DNA from: Candidatus Niyogibacteria bacterium
GTDB taxonomy: Bacteria; Patescibacteriota; Minisyncoccia; HO2-45-28
Reading direction: 5' to 3'
NCBI GenBank assembly: GCA_016432485.1
Contig: CP066691.1
Span: 11,348-75,347, forward strand
DNA length: 64,000 bases
The notes beneath the pieces are model-generated. The model did no database searches. It was given only the letters and a program-made list of their open reading frames with translations, and had not been told where the DNA came from. A program made the translations under genes and the position numbers. Shown piece after piece: positions 1 to 9,974 of this stretch; positions within the stretch are counted from its first letter, which is position 1; every line of letters begins with the position of its first letter.

Positions 1-1
1 G

Positions 2-1039
2 GCGGAGTTTAAGGGCAAAGATATTTTGGTGACCGGAGGAACCGGTTCCATTGGTTCTGAAATTGTCAGGCAGCTTATTTCTTTTGGGCCGAGAAAAATA
101 AGGGTTTTTGCCAGAAGCGAGTATGCCCACCATAAATTCAGGCGGGAAATGGGGCCCGAGCAGGACCACTCGGTACGTTTCATTATCGGCGACATCAGGG
201 ATAAGGACCGGCTTAAGCTTGCTATGGAGAATGTGGATATTGTTTTTCACGCGGCAGCCATGAAGCACGTTGATATTTGCGATAACGACCCCTTTGAGGC
301 GGTTGCCACCAATATCATAGGCACCCAAAATGTAATCAACGCGTCCAGGGAACTCAATGTCGGCAAGGTTATCGCCATCTCCACCGATAAAGCCGTTAAT
401 CCCGAAGGTGTTCTGGGTGTTTCCAAATTGATGGCCGAAAAGTTAATTCTAAATTCTTATTATTATCGCGGCCACAAAAAAACCCAATATACCTGCGTGC
501 GTTTCGGAAATGTTCTGGGTTCTTCCGGAAGCATCTTGCCGACATTTAAAAATCAAATTATAAAAAACGGCTATATTACTGTTACCGACCCGAAGATGAC
601 TCGTTTCGTGATGACTATTCCGCAAGCGGTTAAACTGGTTTTGCGCGCGGCCGTTTTAACAAAGGGGCAGGAGATTTTTGTTTTAAAAATGCCCGCGGTA
701 AAACTCGGGGATTTAGCTGATTGCGCGATTAGGCACTATTCCGATGTTTTTGGCAAAAACCCCGCCGATATTAAAAGAAAGATTATAGGGTTGCGCGCTG
801 GAGAGAAAAAACACGAACAACTTCTGGCAAATCATGAGATAGATAAAGTTTTTGAAACCGAAGATATGTATATTTTAACTCCCCGAGAAGATGTTTGGGG
901 CTATTTTCATAAAAGCGGTTATCTCGGCAGGCCTCAAAAAGCCACTCGCGGTTTTTCTTCCGAATTTGCCAAAAAACTTAAGCCGAAAGAAATTTTAAAA
1001 TTACTTAAAGAAACAGACAGCGATTTGAATATCGTTTAA
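2..1039 (+). CDS. UDP-N-acetylglucosamine 4,6-dehydratase / CapD-like polysaccharide biosynthesis protein (5' end likely before the window)
   Basis: Frame is open from nt 2 (AEFKGKDILVTGGTGSIG); motifs HAAAMKHV, STDKAV, RFGNVLGS, MTRF. Confidence 0.85.
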   Translation, partial: AEFKGKDILVTGGTGSIGSEIVRQLISFGPRKIRVFARSEYAHHKFRREMGPEQDHSVRFIIGDIRDKDRLKLAMENVDIVFHAAAMKHVDICDNDPFEAVATNIIGTQNVINASRELNVGKVIAISTDKAVNPEGVLGVSKLMAEKLILNSYYYRGHKKTQYTCVRFGNVLGSSGSILPTFKNQIIKNGYITVTDPKMTRFVMTIPQAVKLVLRAAVLTKGQEIFVLKMPAVKLGDLADCAIRHYSDVFGKNPADIKRKIIGLRAGEKKHEQLLANHEIDKVFETEDMYILTPREDVWGYFHKSGYLGRPQKATRGFSSEFAKKLKPKEILKLLKETDSDLNIV

Positions 1040-1052
1040 GTCGGAACAAAAG

Positions 1053-1084
1053 AAAAAAGACGATCCCCTCGGATCGCCTTTTTG
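1053..1084. terminator. Bidirectional intrinsic terminator between convergent genes
   Basis: A-tract, cgatcc-cctc-ggatcg hairpin, T-tract. Confidence 0.7.
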
Positions 1085-1102
1085 ATTTTTTGGGAATAAT
1101 TT

Positions 1103-2071
1103 TTATCCGCCAAAAGACAAAGCAATGGTTATTGCTCCGATTACCGCCAACAGAACCAGAATTTTTTCTATTCCCCGATATTGTTTATATTCGTCAAACA
1201 TAAAGAGTCCCAAAATCATCCTTCCGAGCATCTGGGAAACAAAAAAGATCGGCTTTACTACGGTAAGGGGCGCGAGCTGCAGCGCCCAGTATGAAAGAAA
1301 AATAGAGGAAAAAATAGATCCGCCTGCGACGGCAGTCATCCATAAAGTGGTTCTGATTGGAAGCGGACTTAGTTCTCTATTCATTTCATCGTTTTTCTTT
1401 TCATTGTCCTTGTTTTCGTTATCCTTTTTTGGGAAAATACTTTTTATCTTGGTTATGCAAAAGATTGCCAGCGCCATCAGGAATGCTCCGCCATACCATC
1501 CGAAAACAAATTTACCGACGGAAATATCGCTAAGAGCAAAATACCGCATAGAGAAAGTGGCAAATCCCCAGATAACCGTATAAACGGCGACATAGATGAA
1601 AAGCTTTGGGGCGACATGCTCTTCTCCGATCTTTTGCTTGCGGTAGTTGCTGAATCCAAGCCCTATAATTGTAACCACGCAAAGAAAAAGACCCGCGCCC
1701 ATCCCGAAATTTAGGTATTTGCTCTCGTTTAGGACGATGTAGCCCAAAGTTATGGCAATGACATCATCCATGAATAAAGTTATGGACACAAAACTAAGGG
1801 AATGCTGGTCTGCCTTCCATTGGCAGTAAGCGGCGTAGCCGTTCGCGGCGCCTATGGACGTTATGAACAAGAGTGTTTTATCAAAGACTAATTGTCCAAG
1901 GAATAACGCGGCGACGGAACCGAAAGCCGCGGCAAAAAAGTAATGCAGGGTAAAGCGGTTGTTAAAACTGATTTTGTCGGTATGTATAAGTTTTGCTTTT
2001 CCGAACCAGGGGTAAAATATGTTGCCGATTAGAATTCTTATAATTACCGGCACAAGCCACATTCCGGCCAT
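1103..2071 (-). CDS. DMT/EamA-like multi-pass membrane transporter
   Basis: About 10 hydrophobic segments; ALQLAPLTVVKPI...LGLFMFDE resembles the EamA repeat end. Confidence 0.6.
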   Translation of the reverse strand: MAGMWLVPVIIRILIGNIFYPWFGKAKLIHTDKISFNNRFTLHYFFAAAFGSVAALFLGQLVFDKTLLFITSIGAANGYAAYCQWKADQHSLSFVSITLFMDDVIAITLGYIVLNESKYLNFGMGAGLFLCVVTIIGLGFSNYRKQKIGEEHVAPKLFIYVAVYTVIWGFATFSMRYFALSDISVGKFVFGWYGGAFLMALAIFCITKIKSIFPKKDNENKDNEKKNDEMNRELSPLPIRTTLWMTAVAGGSIFSSIFLSYWALQLAPLTVVKPIFFVSQMLGRMILGLFMFDEYKQYRGIEKILVLLAVIGAITIALSFGG

Positions 2072-2128
2072 TTCCGCTTGCCCCTCTGTTTATCTTGTTG
2101 ATTTCAAACAACTTTCAAACTCAATTAA

Positions 2129-2157
2129 TGTTTAGCAGAATTTTACCAAAAAGTCAA
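2129..2157 (-). promoter_or_regulatory. Sigma70-type promoter of the DMT gene
   Basis: Minus strand TTGACT-N17-TAAACA with TG extension. Confidence 0.55.
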
Positions 2158-2198
2158 GCAGGGTTGTTAAATTGTGATATATTTTTTATGTTTAGAAT

Positions 2199-4376
2199 GT
2201 GTCTAAAAACGTGAAAATTATAGCTACTCTGGGCCCCGCAACCAGAAAAGAAGGCGATGTGCTTAAAATGCGCGGCCGTGTTGATTTTATCAGGGTAAAT
2301 ATGTCCCACTCTTCGCTTGAGGACTTGGATTATTTTGTTAAAATTTCAAAAAAAGTCGGCATCCCTTTTATTCTTGATACCGAGGGGTCGCAGATAAGGA
2401 GCGGAAGGTTTGAAAAACCGCCCGTTTATTTTAATAAAAACGATATGGTGGAGCTTTTGGGCGAGAGCGGAATTAAATCTGTAGGAGATAAAAATAAGAT
2501 TTATCTTCGTCCAAAAGAAATAATCCCGCAGCTTGAAGAAGGAGATATTCTTTATATGGATTTTGACACGTTGGCTTTGCGTGTTACCGATAACACTTTG
2601 CGTGACAAGGGGCGCGTTGGGACTAGCGTTATTACGGGAGGTTTTTTGGGCAACAATAAAGGTGTCGTGGTTGATTCGGCTTTTACTAAATCATATAGTT
2701 TGCCCACTCTTTCGCCAAAAGACACAGAAGCCATAAAAATCGGACTTGCTGAAAACCTCGGCTATATCGCCGCCTCGTTTATGCGTTCGGGGGAGGCCGT
2801 TGATGAGGTAAGAGAGGAAACGGATGGCAAGATGAAAATTATTTCAAAGATAGAATGCCAAGACGGCCTGAATAATTTAGATGACATTATTGCCAAGTCC
2901 GACTTTTTGCTTATTGACAGGGGCGACTTAAGTAAAGAAGTCCCTTTGGAAGACATCCCGTTTCTGCAAAAGGAAATAATTTCAAAAGCAAAAAGCGCAG
3001 GCAAAGGCACGTATGTCGCCACAAATCTTTTAGAAACAATGGTTGAGAAGAAAAAATCGACAAGGGCTGAAGTATGCGACGTGGTCAATATAATCCGCGA
3101 CGGAGCTTATGGGCTGACGTTGGCGTCAGAGACCGCCATAGGAAAATATTCCATGGAATGTATAAATATGCTAAATACCTTAATCTCGCGCGCCGGGTTG
3201 GGAAAAGGCAGCGACGCTTTAATTGCCCCTCACGGCGGAAAGCTTATCCATAGAATGATAAACACCCCGCCCGATAGTTCTTACTTAAACTCGCTTAAAA
3301 AATTGGAAATATCAGATGATATAGCGATGGACACGGAGCAGATAGCAACCGGCGTTTTCAGCCCACTGGAAGGTTTTATGGGGCGGGCAGATTTTCAAAG
3401 CGTTTTAGACAGCGCCCGTCTTGCAAACGGTCTGGTCTGGCCGCTTCCGATTGTTCTGGACGCCAGGCAAAATGACGCTGACGGATTTAATGCCGGAGAA
3501 GATATCGCGCTTACGCATAAGGGAGAGACACTTGCCATTTTACACTTGGATGAAAAATTTAATTTTGACAAAAAAGAAACAGCCCGAAAGATTTACGGAA
3601 CTCTAAACGAAGAACATACCGGCGTGCGGGGGGTTTTCGCGATGAATCCGGTTTTACTTGCCGGAAAAATTTCTCTTTTAAAAAGGAGAAATGCCGAACA
3701 CTTGGCTTACGCTCTGACTCCGAAGCAAGTGAGGCGGATTTTTAAAGAAAGGCACTGGTCGCGCGTGGTCGGGTTTCATACAAGAAATGTGATTCATAGA
3801 AGTCATGAGCATATACAGCTTGCCGCAATGAAGCAGGAAAACTGCGACGGGCTGTTTGTGCATCCGGTGGTCGGTAAGAAAAAGCCTGGCGATTACAACG
3901 CACGCTACATAATCAAGAGTTATGAAAGGATGCTCGGCGGCTTATATCCTGAAAATAAAGTTGTACTCGCAGCTTTCAATACCTATTCAAGATATGCCGG
4001 GCCAAGAGAGGCGTTATTTACCGCCATTTGCCGCCAGAATTTCGGCTGCAGTCATTTTGTGGTCGGACGAGACCATACCGGAGTCGGAAATTTTTATCCT
4101 CCGACGGCCTCGCACGACATATTTGACAAGTTTCCCGACCTGGGCATTAAAGCCGTGAAATTTGACGAAGTGTTTTATTCCAAAAAACTGGGTGCTTATG
4201 TGCGCGGCGAGGACAGCCCGAATCATGCTCCCGAGGACAAACTTTCCATCAGCGGCACCCAGGCGCGAAAAATGTTTGAGCGCGGTGTGGCGCCTCCGGA
4301 GTGGTTTATGCGCCCGGAAGTGTCCGGAATAATTATTGACGCCTTAAAACGCGGCGAAAAAGTGTTTGTGGAATAA
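2199..4376 (+). CDS. sat: Pyruvate kinase-like domain fused to sulfate adenylyltransferase (ATP sulfurylase)
   Basis: N-terminal KIIATLGP, RVNMSH, KIE, DRGDL, ASETAIGKY (PK); C-terminal PHGGKL, FSPLEGFM, FHTRNVIHRSHE, YAGPREA, VGRDH, ISGT (Sat). Confidence 0.9.
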   Translation: MSKNVKIIATLGPATRKEGDVLKMRGRVDFIRVNMSHSSLEDLDYFVKISKKVGIPFILDTEGSQIRSGRFEKPPVYFNKNDMVELLGESGIKSVGDKNKIYLRPKEIIPQLEEGDILYMDFDTLALRVTDNTLRDKGRVGTSVITGGFLGNNKGVVVDSAFTKSYSLPTLSPKDTEAIKIGLAENLGYIAASFMRSGEAVDEVREETDGKMKIISKIECQDGLNNLDDIIAKSDFLLIDRGDLSKEVPLEDIPFLQKEIISKAKSAGKGTYVATNLLETMVEKKKSTRAEVCDVVNIIRDGAYGLTLASETAIGKYSMECINMLNTLISRAGLGKGSDALIAPHGGKLIHRMINTPPDSSYLNSLKKLEISDDIAMDTEQIATGVFSPLEGFMGRADFQSVLDSARLANGLVWPLPIVLDARQNDADGFNAGEDIALTHKGETLAILHLDEKFNFDKKETARKIYGTLNEEHTGVRGVFAMNPVLLAGKISLLKRRNAEHLAYALTPKQVRRIFKERHWSRVVGFHTRNVIHRSHEHIQLAAMKQENCDGLFVHPVVGKKKPGDYNARYIIKSYERMLGGLYPENKVVLAAFNTYSRYAGPREALFTAICRQNFGCSHFVVGRDHTGVGNFYPPTASHDIFDKFPDLGIKAVKFDEVFYSKKLGAYVRGEDSPNHAPEDKLSISGTQARKMFERGVAPPEWFMRPEVSGIIIDALKRGEKVFVE

Positions 4377-4392
4377 ATAAGGATGAACAAAT

Positions 4393-5364
4393 CTAACCGC
4401 GTCTAAATAATTCGCGCATTAAAGCCCCGCCCATACTCTTCATTCTTTTTATTTCCCTGATAATCTCCGTTCTCGCTTTTCTTTTTAAATGCCCTTCCGG
4501 GAGAAGGGTAATATGTTTATAACTTTTGTAGACCTCGTCCAGTTTTAAAGGAGAAAAACGTTTTAGCGCCTGTAGCCGTTCTATATCTGCAAAAATGGTT
4601 TCTTTTGGAATTTTTGCTGTCGGGTTATTATAGTACGCGTCAAAAATCGGAAGTAATTCGTCCCAAAATGGATGCGGAGCGAGAGTTACTTCCGTATCCT
4701 CGTTTCCGCGCGGACCGTAATGGGCGCTAACAAAGTGTCCGTCGCGCCATTTTTGCGCTCTCTTTGGATGTGAATCAGGAAAAGTTACTTTCCACCACTC
4801 GTTTAAATGCGGTCTCATAGCCAGATTGAGAAATGAAGACAGAGCTTCAATTGTGTCGTTATTTCTGCTAATGATGTCTTCCATTCGCGCGCGCAGCACT
4901 TTGTCCAGCAGGAAGCTTTTAATGAAGAAAGTCGTATAATCAATGGCGGCGCAAACCACGTTATTATCGGTAAAATATTGTGTTATAGTGCTGTTTTTGG
5001 CCAACCAGGTTCTTATGTCGCGGATTGTAAAAATTACAGGGTGGGGATTAAGAATGTCCATGGGGCAAGCGTTCATTTCGAATTCCGGCGCGTCAGAGCC
5101 CACGACCTTAAAAGGATATCCTTTTTCGGCTAAAAATTTTTGCAAGCGTATAAAAAAATCCTCCGGTATTGCTCCGTAGGAAAAAAGATTTCTGGCATCA
5201 GGGTAAGAAGAAATAAATCGCCCTCCGTATTTATCAAGCGAGTGTCTGCCGATTCTTGTTTCATACAGAATAAAAACATCCGGGTGGGCATTAAGCATTT
5301 GCACGATGACCGAGGTGCCGGTTTTGGCCGCGCCCACGACAAAAATAATGTTTTTATTCTCCAT
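4393..5364 (-). CDS. PAPS-dependent sulfotransferase family protein
   Basis: IFVVGAAKTGTS 5'-PSB loop, LNAHP..F.LYE, IFTIRD 3'-PB-like motif; adjacent to sat. Confidence 0.75.
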   Translation of the reverse strand: MENKNIIFVVGAAKTGTSVIVQMLNAHPDVFILYETRIGRHSLDKYGGRFISSYPDARNLFSYGAIPEDFFIRLQKFLAEKGYPFKVVGSDAPEFEMNACPMDILNPHPVIFTIRDIRTWLAKNSTITQYFTDNNVVCAAIDYTTFFIKSFLLDKVLRARMEDIISRNNDTIEALSSFLNLAMRPHLNEWWKVTFPDSHPKRAQKWRDGHFVSAHYGPRGNEDTEVTLAPHPFWDELLPIFDAYYNNPTAKIPKETIFADIERLQALKRFSPLKLDEVYKSYKHITLLPEGHLKRKARTEIIREIKRMKSMGGALMRELFRRG

Positions 5365-5456
5365 TTGGACAGTCTAATATAAAATGATGCTGAAAATCAA
5401 ATACGCTTTCTTTGTCTAGATTTTTTGCGGGTTTTGTTGTATTGTAGATTTTAAAT

Positions 5457-7238
5457 ATGACTATGGGAGTGAACAAAATTGTTCGGATAATTACGCTCGC
5501 GAAATCAGCTTTCGGGCAATATAAATGGCAAATTGCTCTTTTAGCGGGGCTTAGTTTTTTGAGCGGCGTTCTGGATGTGGTGGGAATCAACGCTATTATT
5601 CCCATTTTTTCCGTGATTCAGGGCGGGGGCGCGACCGACATTATTTCAAAAACGACAAAAAGTTTTTTCTTATTTTTCGGCGTTCCTTTCACGGTCAGAT
5701 ATCTTATGATTTTTATGGCCTTGATGTTTTCGGCAAAGGCCGCGTTTCTTTTCGCGTCCAAATATATAAATTTGAAGATAGCCGCGGACTACGAAAAAAA
5801 CACCAGAAATGAATTGTTTAGGGCAATGGTTGAAAGCAACTGGCCCCATCTCGCGAGGCAAAAGGCCGGACACCTTAGTCAGGTTTTGATTATGAATGTA
5901 GAGAGAGGCTCGTCTCTTCTTATTCATCTCGGGGGATCCGCTCTCATTGTCACGAATTTTTTGGTCTACGGTTTTCTGGCGCTAAATGTGTCTTTTCTTA
6001 TAGCAATGCTCGCTTTTGCTTTCGGAGGAATAATCCTTCTGGTTTTTAAACCGCTTTATTACAGAACTAAGATGGCCTCTGAAGAGATGGTCCGAAAATA
6101 CAAAGATTTGGCCCATTACACCGATGAAACCGTTTTGGGAATGAAAGCCGTAAAGTCGGCTCGGGTCGAAGAACCGGTTTTAAAATTGTCCTCTAAATAT
6201 TTTAGCGCGATGAGAAAGCTTTATTTGCGCATCGGATTTCTTAGAAGCATTACGGATGTTCTTCTCCAGCCAATTGCCGCTTTTTTCATTTTGGGAATTC
6301 TTGCCGTTTTTTACAAAACAGGAACATTGCATTTTGTTTCTTTTGCCGTAATTATTTACGCGATTAACCGGGTTTTTTCCAATGTTCAGGCGGCTCAAAC
6401 CGAAATACATGTTTTGAATTCAGACGCGCCGCATGTTTTGAGCATTTTGGCGTTTAAGGAAGAGGCGAAACTTAATAAGGAAAAAGAAACGGGAACAAAA
6501 TCGTTTCAATTCGGCAAATCAATTGAATTTCGAAATGTCGGTTTTTCTTACGATGGCGATAGCCGGACTCTGTCGGACATAAATTTTTCCGTCGCCAAAG
6601 GCGAAATGCTGGGAATTATCGGTCCGTCGGGCGCTGGAAAATCAACTCTCGTGGATTTGTTTTTGCGGCTTCAAATTCCTCAAAAAGGCGCCATTTTGGC
6701 CGACGGAGAAAACATAAAAGACATTAAGCTCGGGGATTGGAGGGCAAACATCGCTTATGTTTCCCAGGAGGCGTTTTTAATGAATGACACTATTTATGAA
6801 AATATCAGATTTTACAATGAAGGACTGAACAAGGAAGACATAATTGACGCGGCAAAACTCGCGAACATTTACGATTTTATTCAGGCATTGCCTGACGGAT
6901 TTGAAACGGTGGTCGGTGAACGCGGTATGCGGCTTTCCGGCGGAGAACGTCAGCGCGTAGTTCTTGCCCGGGCGCTTGTCAGGAAGCCGCAAATTTTGAT
7001 TTTGGATGAAGCAACGAGTTCGCTTGACAACGAATCAGAGCTCTTAATTCAAAGAGCGGTTGAAAAGCTGAGGGGCAAAATGACCATTATCGTCATAGCG
7101 CATCGTTTGAGTACCGTTGAAAATTCCGATAAACTGGTTGTGCTTGAAAATGGCAGGGTCTCCGAGGCCGGAGCTCCAACCGAACTTTTAAGAGATAAAC
7201 ATTCCTATTTTTTTAAAGTTTATAATTTAAGAAAATAA
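5457..7238 (+). CDS. ABC transporter, fused permease/ATPase (MsbA/PglK-like glycan flippase)
   Basis: N-terminal TM domain; GPSGAGKS, LSGGERQR, LILDEAT, IAHRLST. Confidence 0.9.
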   Translation: MTMGVNKIVRIITLAKSAFGQYKWQIALLAGLSFLSGVLDVVGINAIIPIFSVIQGGGATDIISKTTKSFFLFFGVPFTVRYLMIFMALMFSAKAAFLFASKYINLKIAADYEKNTRNELFRAMVESNWPHLARQKAGHLSQVLIMNVERGSSLLIHLGGSALIVTNFLVYGFLALNVSFLIAMLAFAFGGIILLVFKPLYYRTKMASEEMVRKYKDLAHYTDETVLGMKAVKSARVEEPVLKLSSKYFSAMRKLYLRIGFLRSITDVLLQPIAAFFILGILAVFYKTGTLHFVSFAVIIYAINRVFSNVQAAQTEIHVLNSDAPHVLSILAFKEEAKLNKEKETGTKSFQFGKSIEFRNVGFSYDGDSRTLSDINFSVAKGEMLGIIGPSGAGKSTLVDLFLRLQIPQKGAILADGENIKDIKLGDWRANIAYVSQEAFLMNDTIYENIRFYNEGLNKEDIIDAAKLANIYDFIQALPDGFETVVGERGMRLSGGERQRVVLARALVRKPQILILDEATSSLDNESELLIQRAVEKLRGKMTIIVIAHRLSTVENSDKLVVLENGRVSEAGAPTELLRDKHSYFFKVYNLRK

Positions 7239-7240
7239 AC

Positions 7241-7522
7241 ATGCCCAGTACAATTACACCGATTGTGTTCTTCTACACTTATGTTCTGCGTAGCGATAAA
7301 GATGGCGATAATTACATAGGTTACAGCCACGATCTAAAAAAGAGATCAGAAGAACACAAAAAAGGCCTTGTTCCTGCCACTAAACACAGAAGGCCATTGA
7401 AGTTAATATATTATGAAGCATGTTTAAACAAAGAGGACGCTCAACAAAGAGAAAGATATTTAAAAACCACAAGGGGTCGAAGGTGGTTTGGCATGAGATT
7501 GCGAAATTATAAATCGGTGTAA
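7241..7522 (+). CDS. Small GIY-YIG nuclease family protein
   Basis: YTYVLRS...YIGYS.DL..R..EH..G...T..RRP.KLIYYE...A..RE.YLK. Confidence 0.85.
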   Translation: MPSTITPIVFFYTYVLRSDKDGDNYIGYSHDLKKRSEEHKKGLVPATKHRRPLKLIYYEACLNKEDAQQRERYLKTTRGRRWFGMRLRNYKSV

Positions 7523-8845
7523 TTGTACTGCAAAACCTGTTTGCCCGGAATTATTTTTCACGAGCACTATGATGCCTGGGACGGCAAGCCCGCGCCGGCT
7601 TTGGCTTCGGCCGAATTTGAGCCGCCGTCTTACGAACTTATCAGTAAGTTCCATAAGACGGAGTCATTAGTCTTAACAATGATGAATAAACGTTTTGACT
7701 GGATGGGGACGGATGAACGAAGACATCTTTACTACACAATGCTTTCATACTGGAACGGAGTGGTTAAAAAATTTAATCCGGATGCCGTGATTTTCAGTAC
7801 TGCTCCGCACACCGTGTATGATTATATTCTTTACGAAATCGCGCGCTCGGAAAACATTAAAACAGTTATGTTTTGGAATATGTCTCCGATAGACGGCCGG
7901 CTGTTTTTCTATGAAGATTTTCGCGAGGGGAGCGGGCTTTTAAGTAAAATTACGCGAAAAAACATGAGTTACAATTTTTCGGTTTCTGATTTAAGCGAGG
8001 AAACGAGGAAATTTTATGAAACCGGAACATTAATCGGCGTTGACGCCCTCCCGCTCTATTTAAAAGAAGACCATGAACGCTTCGCTTTTTTAAACAGGAT
8101 GATTCTAAAGACGAAAGCGATTTTAGCGACTATTAAGCGGGGAGAATTTGTTGAACAGACGGCGCGGCGCGCGGCCAATTTTTTTAAAGAAAATATCCGG
8201 GACGAACACATTCGGGCGCAGTTTATTCCCGATTACTCCCAAAAATTCGTTTATGTCCCTCTGCATTATCAGCCCGAATGCACAACTTCCCCCTTGGGAG
8301 ACATATTTGTTGACCAAATTCTGATGATTAAAATTCTTTCAGCGTCTCTTCCCGTCGGATGGAAAATTTACGCAAAAGAACATCCTTTTCAATGGTATCA
8401 GCGCGGGCTAAATTTCGCGGGCTCGCGTTACCGCGGCTACTACGATAAAATATCCGGCATTAAAAATGTTCGTCTGGTGCCCCTGGAAACTGACAATTAT
8501 GAACTGATAAATCGCGCTCAAGCCGTGGCAACCGTCGGCGGCACCGCCGGCATTGAGGCGCTTTTACGCCAAAAACCCGTTATAGTTTTTGGTTATCCCT
8601 GGTATCGCTCTTGTCCCCATGTTTTCAAAGCGGACGGCGTGGAATCTTGCAGCAAGGCTCTTCAAAAAATCGCGGACGGATTTTCCGTGAATAATCAATC
8701 GATAATAAATTTTTTAAAAAACCTTGACGAAAGCACGATTCGCGGGTATGTTGACGAATATGGTCAGAGGTTTGTAAGGTTGAGCGCGGAAGAAAACTCG
8801 GCAAACATATCGCGCGCGATTTTGGAAATAATAACGGAAAAATAA
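7523..8845 (+). CDS. Capsule-polysaccharide-synthesis family glycosyltransferase-like protein (start uncertain, possibly N-truncated)
   Basis: YVPLHYQPE, KEHP, TVGGTAGIEALL..KPVIVFG motifs; TTG start abuts the GIY-YIG stop. Confidence 0.65.
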   Translation: MYCKTCLPGIIFHEHYDAWDGKPAPALASAEFEPPSYELISKFHKTESLVLTMMNKRFDWMGTDERRHLYYTMLSYWNGVVKKFNPDAVIFSTAPHTVYDYILYEIARSENIKTVMFWNMSPIDGRLFFYEDFREGSGLLSKITRKNMSYNFSVSDLSEETRKFYETGTLIGVDALPLYLKEDHERFAFLNRMILKTKAILATIKRGEFVEQTARRAANFFKENIRDEHIRAQFIPDYSQKFVYVPLHYQPECTTSPLGDIFVDQILMIKILSASLPVGWKIYAKEHPFQWYQRGLNFAGSRYRGYYDKISGIKNVRLVPLETDNYELINRAQAVATVGGTAGIEALLRQKPVIVFGYPWYRSCPHVFKADGVESCSKALQKIADGFSVNNQSIINFLKNLDESTIRGYVDEYGQRFVRLSAEENSANISRAILEIITEK

Positions 8846-8848
8846 TCT

Positions 8849-9835
8849 ATGTCGTTTGAATGCTTAAAAGATAAAGCTATTTTAATAACCGGAGGCACCG
8901 GTTCTTTCGGCCGGAGTTTTGTCCGTCATTTGCTGGGCTCTAAAGCAAAAAAGATTGTTGTTTTTTCAAGGGACGAGCTGAAGCAATCCGAGATGCAGAG
9001 CGAAATGAAAGACGAGCGTCTGCGGTTTTTTATAGGCGATATTCGCGATTTGTCCCGCCTTCAAAGGGCTTTTCGGGATGTTGATGTCGTGGTGCATGCC
9101 GCGGCTCTTAAACAGGTGCCGGCAATGGAATACAATCCGTTTGAGGCGGTGCAAACCAATATAATCGGAAGCCAAAATGTTATTGAAGCCGCGATTGACC
9201 AAGGTGTCCGAAAAGTTTTACTTATATCAACCGACAAAGCCGCGGAGCCGATAAATCTTTACGGCGCCACTAAGCTCTGCGCGGAAAAATTGTTTATAAG
9301 CGGAAATTCTTACGCTCCGGGGAAAACCATTCTTAGCGCGGTGAGATACGGGAATGTTATCGGCAGTCGCGGGAGCGTTATTGACGTTCTTAAAAGAAGT
9401 CGGGATGTCAAGCGCGTTTACATCACGGATCCGGCTATGACTCGTTTTTGGATTACCTTAAATCAAAGTTTTAAACTTGTGGATTTCGCGCTTGAAAATA
9501 TGACCGGAGGAGAAATTTTTATACCGAAACTTTCAAGCATGAAACTTTCGGACTTGTTTGATGTTTTGGCGCCGGGAGCCGAGCGGGAAATAATCGGTCC
9601 TCGCGCCGGAGAAAAAATTCATGAAGTACTGCTTACCAGCGAAGAGTCCTATAGGGCGTTGGAAATGGAAGATATGTATGTGGTGCTCCCTCTGTTTCCT
9701 TATGAGGCGGATATTCATTCCAAATATCATGAATCTGGACGGAAACCCGAGTCGGGATTTCGCTTCGCCAGCCACACGAATAAAAATTGGCTTACTAAAG
9801 AGGATTTTAAAAAAATACTTAACGACGAATTATGA
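8849..9835 (+). CDS. pseB: UDP-N-acetylglucosamine 4,6-dehydratase (inverting)
   Basis: ITGGTGSFG, SRDELKQ, HAAALKQVPAMEYNP, NLYGATKL, RYGNVIGSRGSV. Confidence 0.9.
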   Translation: MSFECLKDKAILITGGTGSFGRSFVRHLLGSKAKKIVVFSRDELKQSEMQSEMKDERLRFFIGDIRDLSRLQRAFRDVDVVVHAAALKQVPAMEYNPFEAVQTNIIGSQNVIEAAIDQGVRKVLLISTDKAAEPINLYGATKLCAEKLFISGNSYAPGKTILSAVRYGNVIGSRGSVIDVLKRSRDVKRVYITDPAMTRFWITLNQSFKLVDFALENMTGGEIFIPKLSSMKLSDLFDVLAPGAEREIIGPRAGEKIHEVLLTSEESYRALEMEDMYVVLPLFPYEADIHSKYHESGRKPESGFRFASHTNKNWLTKEDFKKILNDEL

Positions 9836-9974
9836 CCCAGTACAATTAAATCGAATGCTAAATTTAGTTTCTTGGGTGGTATAAATATGTATTATTATAA
9901 AATTATATTTAAGCAAATTAGTCGGGAGTTTGCTTGCGAATTTAGCAAGAAACTTTCGATTTAATTGTACTGGG

